Assembly (NCBI GenBank): GCA_002269645.1
Contig: NIVC01000896.1
Location: 248,001-312,000 of the forward strand
Direction: 5' to 3'
DNA: 64,000 nt
From: Macrostomum lignano
Lineage: Eukaryota
A model generated the notes under the pieces. The model did not search any database, was not told where the DNA came from, and saw nothing but the letters and a program-made list of their open reading frames with translations. This document shows, one piece after another, positions 59,125 through 64,000 of the stretch (its first letter is position 1; the number at the start of each line of letters is the position of its first letter). A program made the translations under genes and the position numbers.

Positions 59125-62100
59125 TCAGATGGCGCGCTTCAAAGCTTGGGCGCGAACAAAAGCCGCACCGCCGGCAGAGTCCGGGGCGCCGGCGTCAGCC
59201 AGCAGACAGTCGACGTAGCGCCGAGTCCTCGCCTGTCCCCGCCGGTAGGGTGCCTGCAACGTAAGTAGCAGCACCTCCTGCACCGGCTCCGGACAGTAGG
59301 CCTCGGCGCGGATGACGTGGCCTGCCAGCTGGAGTCGCCGACGGCGCAGCAGATCGCTAGGACGGGCCAGGCCGGCGCGATGATAGAGCGCCGTGTTGGT
59401 GACTCGCTCGTTGCCGATCTTGAAGGCGGCGCGCAGCAGGCCAGCGTGCGCCGCGTCGACTTGAGCCTCGAGCGAGTCTGTCAGCGTCCAGGTCTCGGCG
59501 TTGTATAACAGGACGGTCTCGATCACCGCCTGGAACAGCGCCGCCCTCTGGCGGTCCGGTAGGGCCTCGGACTGCAGGACTGACCTTATAGAACGAAAGG
59601 CAGCCCAAGCAAGTCCTCGGCGACGCCGCAGATCCTCGCGGACGTCGGGAACCAGACCGCCGAGGTAGACGAACTGCTGACATCTTGGAAGCTCACTCGC
59701 CTGTCCGTCAGCGCCTCGGCAGAAGATTGCAGCCTCGGTGTCGTCCGGCACGCATAGCACGACGGTCTTCTGCGTGTTGACCACCAGGCCGACGCTCGCC
59801 GCAACGGCAACCAGCCTATCCAGCTGTCGTTGGGCGCCCTCGACGGTCGAGGACAGCAGGGCGAGGTCATCGGCGTAGCCAAGCACGCTGAGCCGTCTCT
59901 CCGGTTGGCGTCGACCCACGCGTCGCCGCAGCAGGAGGCCGTCGTCGTTGGAAGGCAGAGCAGTCCGTAGCACCCAGTCAAGCACCAGAATAAATAGGAA
60001 CGGCGCTAGCGTATCTCCCTGGAGCACCCCGGAGGATGTCTCGAAGAAATCCGATAGGCCGTCCGGTGTTGAGACAGCAGCCGTCGTGCCGTGGTACAGC
60101 GCCATGACAGCAGAAATCAGCAGCTCTGGCACGTTGTACGCACGGAGCACCTCTGGGAGCGCGTCCCTCACGACCGAGTCGAAAGCCTTCCTGAAATCGA
60201 CGAAGATCAGGATCAGGGTCAACTGGCGGATGCGCGCCTCCTCGATGACTCGTCGAAGAGCCAGGATCTGCGTCACTGTGCCGCGATGGGGCCGGAATCC
60301 GTTCTGCTCAGGTCGCAGGTACGGGTCCAGCACAGGCTGTAACCGCGATAGCAGCATGCGGTTGAACAGCTTCGCGGCGCAGGACTGTAGGCAGATGCCT
60401 CGATGCTCCTCGAGCTTGGTGGTGCCCGGCTTCTTTGGAATGGCGACGATGTGCGCCGTGGTCCATTCGTTTGGCGCCACCTCACCGAAAAGCACGCGGT
60501 TCATCACTCTGGCGACCTCAGTGGCCACGCAGTGGATCCGCAGCGCCTCGGTGGGCACCTCGTCCGGACCAAGCGCTTTGCCGCCCGGCGTCTGCCAAGC
60601 GAACTTCACAACGTCGGCTGTGCTGACTGGGGCAACATTGAAGCTCTCCTCCGCCGGCAACGGCGTCTCCGGCGGCAGCCTCAGATTTTCTGGAAGCGGA
60701 GGGGCGGCGCGTTGACAATGGCGGCGAAGAACTCGCGCAGCTCGTTCCTGCGCTCATCCGGAGTGTCGCCTGCCAGGTTGAGCGCAATGCGCCGCTTTCG
60801 CCCCGTCAGAGTGTTGATGGCGGACCAGGCCACGCGCCCTCTGGCATCGGGCCCTGCGGCAGAGACGGCTTGGATGGCGTCATCGACAGTGGACTGCTGC
60901 CGCTGCAGGTAGACAGCCGCCAGAGCCTCCTCCGCCTCGCGAGTTGGCCGCCCACTCAGACGGAGCCTCTCCAGATCTTCCCTCGCTTCGTCGATCGCGG
61001 GGTCGTCCTGCCAGACCGGCTGCCCGCGCTGGGCTGGTCGCATCAGCGGGACTGCTTGCTCCGCAGCGGCTCGAACTGCAGCGCTCACCTCCGCGTACTC
61101 GGCTCCTCCACGCTTGTCGCCCAGCGCAGTGACAAAGGCACCGGCAAAGCGACGTCGCGTCTCGGCGTCCCTGAGCGCGCGGTAGTAGCGCCGCGGTGGC
61201 CGCTTTGGCGGACGGTAGAGCGGGTCCCGAAGCCGAAGGTCGCAGATGAGCAGCCGATGGTCGGACCGCAGAGCCAGCGGCGTAATGGTGTGGCAGTTGG
61301 TGACGCGGCGGCGCTCACGAAAGCGCACAAGCACGTGGTCGAGCTGTGCCAGCCTCCGCGTAGCGTTCCGGCCACGCGCGTTCCGCCGCCTCCGCTTGCA
61401 GCCCACGAAGGTCGCGAGCCTGCCCGGCGACTTGCGGAATCTGGTGTTGGCCGACACCATGTCCTGTCTCTCCAGGAAGTCCTCTAGCGCTCCGGTGTTG
61501 CCGTTCTCGCGCGCTGTCACAAACAGCGATCGCTCGGACCTACGCAGAACTGCGTTCAGGTCTCCGAGAATGACCACTGTGTCACGTTGCGCCATCTCCT
61601 CCACCCGCACCGAGAGTTGCTCGAAGAAGGCCTGAGCCTCATCGGAGCGGGTAGCAGGCGGCGCATACGCGCAGAACAGGCGGGTGTTCCGGCCGCGAAG
61701 CCGGACGTCGACCCGAAGCAGCCGAGAAGACAGGGAGATGCAGCGACAGCTCTGCTGCAGCCTCGGTCCGATCAGCGCTCCAACTCCTCCACGGCCTCGC
61801 TCATCCGCTGAGGTGTACCAGAGTGTCCAACCGGCGCCCAGGTCCTCACAGTGAAGTCCGGGGTCGGCTCTGATAGACACCTCCTGTAGTGCGATGACAT
61901 CACAGCTGAGGTCGAGCGCTAGCCTCGCCAGCAGCCCTCTCCGCCATGTGGCCTTGAGAGTGCGGCAGTTCAGCGTCCCGACCCGAAGCGTGCCCTCTGG
62001 TACGGCTGGGGCTCGATGCTGGTGAGCCTCATGGTCCCCGGCGCCACCCGGAAGATCCAATTGGGCCAGCGCAGCAGCAGCTCGGCGGGCGGCGCCACGT

Positions 62101-62240
62101 TGCCGACCTCGCCAGTTTCGATCGCGACAGCGTTCAACTCGCCGACGCGCGCTCCGCTGCCCTCGCTTGGTCCTGCCGCATTTGGCCGCCGCAGCAGTTA
62201 AGCGCGGCTCTCCACTCTCACCACGAGGAGGTAGCGGCAT
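59125..62240 (-). CDS. RTE APE-RT polyprotein, split by one frameshift at ~60700
   Basis: APE: VGTLNCRTL, IALQEV, ILGDLNA, LDHVL, SDHRLL. RT: KALGPD, RGICL, QNGFRPHR, FVDFRKAFDS, GVLQGDTLAPFLF, LGYADDL, YLG. Adding one base at GCGCCGCCCC joins the two ORFs. Confidence 0.92.
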
Positions 62241-62272
62241 TTATCTGCACCGTGGTGCAAATAAATTAAGAC
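62174..62272 (-). ncRNA. Candidate HDV-like ribozyme at the RTE 5' end
   Basis: P3 ACC/GGT around canonical L3 TCCTCGT, P1 3' strand GAGAGT, P1.1 GG, P4 GCCGC/GCGGC, J4/2 GGCCAAA, P2 TGCCGC/GCGGCA. The P1 5' strand is imperfect (AGTCTT). Confidence 0.65.
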
Positions 62273-62509
62273 TGCAAATAAATTAAGACTGCAAATAAAT
62301 TAAGACTGCAAATAAATTAAGACTGCAAATAAATTAAGACTGCAAATAAATTAAGACTGCAAATAAATTAAGACTGCAAATAAATTAAGACTGCAAATAA
62401 ATTAAGACTGCAAATAAATTAAGACTGCAAATAAATTAAGACTGCAAATAAATTAAGACTGCAAATAAATTAAGACTGCAAATAAATTAAGACTGCAAAT
62501 AAATTAAGA
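62256..62509. repeat. ~15 perfect copies of the 17-mer TGCAAATAAATTAAGAC at the RTE 5' junction, inside the TSD
   Basis: Directly visible. Confidence 0.96.
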
Positions 62510-63400
62510 CACCTCAGCAATTCCCCCAGTAAGCCTTGGCATCTCAGAAATTCCCCAGTAAGCCATGGCATCTCAGCAATTCCCCCAGTAAGCCTTGGCA
62601 TCTCAGAAATTCCCCAAGTAAGCCTTGGCATCTCAGCAATTCCCCCAGTAAGCCTGACATCTCATCATAAGCCTCATAAGCCTCATAAGCCTTGAAATCT
62701 ATATTTCGCCGAAAGCTTGGCCCTGTAAGCAATTCCCCGAAGAGCCAAAGCATTTATCTCTAAGTAATTCACCCCATGAGCCTTTAATCTTAGCAATTCC
62801 ACCAGGAATCCTTTATGGCTGATACGACGATTGTTATATAATTGAACCCAATCCTAACCATAACCTGCAGCCGAGTCACAGCCCAAGAATTTCAGCAATT
62901 CCACCATGAGCTTCTGAAGTCTAAAACTTTCCCCAATGAGCCTTAAAATTTAGCGACTAACCTATCTTGGCAATTCCACATGAGTCTTATGGTTGAAAAC
63001 TAACCCTAACCCTGCCAAGTCACAGCGTTTCAGTAAGTCCCACCATGAACCATGGTATTTCAACAATTACCCTTGACAATTCTTGAATTTCAGCTATTCC
63101 CTTATGAGCCTTTGAGATCTCAGTTAGTCTTATGTGAACCTTAGAATCTCAGCAATACCCAAAAAGCCACAGTCTACAGCATTACAAGGATCCCCGTGAG
63201 CGTTGACATTTCAGTGATTCCATAATGAGCCTTGATATCTCAGAAATTTCTCAGAAACTCATAATTGAGCCACAAAATTTAGGCAATATCCCCAAGTCTT
63301 GCAATCACAGCAATTCCCCCCTAGCCTTGAGCCACAGTATAATCCAGATATCCCCCATGAGCTGTGACATTCCCCAATGAAGCCAGCAGCCAGAATAATT
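62510..63400. repeat. Right part of the 30-bp CTCAGCAATTCCCCC minisatellite, progressively degenerate
   Basis: Near-perfect units at 62510-62660; recognisable CAGCAATTCC cores to ~63400. Confidence 0.75.
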
Positions 63401-64000
63401 TTATTGCTCCCCCCCCTTTAAATGGGGCCCAGTGAGTTGTCTTATCAGTTGGCTCTGGCGCAATCAACTAAAATTGGCTGTGAAGTTTCTCGCTGATGAA
63501 ATTTGCATTGAAAAAGCCTATTTAAAACAGTTTTTCGAATATTTAATCCCTTTAGCATTGAAGCAGATACAAGAAATTTTAACCATACAATCCCAGGCTG
63601 ATTACAAATCTTTTGACGAAAACGCGATCAAAATCGGTGAAGAATTGCAATCTCTAGAGCGTTATGGACAAGCATAGAAATAATAGAGATTGATGGAGCT
63701 GTGCCTATGCCTTCAGCAGTTTAGCAGCATTGTCTGCAGTTAAGCAATTTCTTACTTTAAATGGAGCTAGGCAACACCCATTGATGAGATCAGCAACACT
63801 TAAAGCAGTTTTACAAATCAAATTTGCTTAGTGGTTTGTGCCGATTAGCAAAAATAATAAATTGTGCACAGTTGAGTGAAATCTATAAATAGCAATTGCC
63901 TACGATGCGGCCATTGTCTTAGTTCAATCAAATACACAGCAGTACACAGAGTACACAGTTCAGAGTATCAGAACTCAAGGAATCTAGTAAAGTGAGCCTA

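Larger units (their letters stand above)
59077..62509 (-). mobile_element. Near full-length RTE-clade LINE with 8-bp TSD CACCTCAG and a (GTT)n 3' tail
   Basis: TSD at 59069-76 and 62510-17; AACAACAAC tail at 59077-59096; APE and RT ORFs in between. Confidence 0.93.

Noticed and set aside
62995-63015. TAACCCTAACCC telomere-like motif
   Set aside because: Only about two units, inside a degenerate minisatellite.
63432-63677. 81-aa ORF near the window end
   Set aside because: GTG start, no motifs and no splice support.

Overview
Eukaryotic (animal) genomic DNA, not prokaryotic: it has GT-AG introns, GC3-rich exons and minisatellite-filled introns. The style resembles a free-living flatworm such as Macrostomum, but that is an inference. 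Host genes: the first coding exon of a beta-arrestin (minus), a two-exon neuron navigator/unc-53 AAA ATPase (minus), a six-exon ANAPC7 (plus), and a tandem pair of unusual ~1000-aa caspase-family genes (42.5-47.1 kb and 49.5-53.0 kb). Each of the pair splices a catalytically dead caspase domain and an intact His/Cys caspase domain into one chain, each domain preceded by a ~200-aa alpha/beta domain that may itself be a degenerate caspase fold. The rest is a dense transposon and repeat landscape: young and old mariners, nested TIR elements with a PHD-FLYWCH-MULE, a Merlin derivative, LOA-like and RTE LINEs each with a candidate HDV-like ribozyme, SINEs sharing a central core, a Ngaro/DIRS remnant, a Helitron end and many minisatellites. 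Top leads: (1) the pseudo-caspase + active-caspase single-chain genes; (2) RIP-like C-to-T/G-to-A hypermutation of old repeats (12 in-frame stops with no frameshift and no CpG in the old mariner core); (3) the HDV-like ribozymes and a 17-bp reiterated array inside the RTE target-site duplication. Exon models and structures were read by eye; no searches were run.
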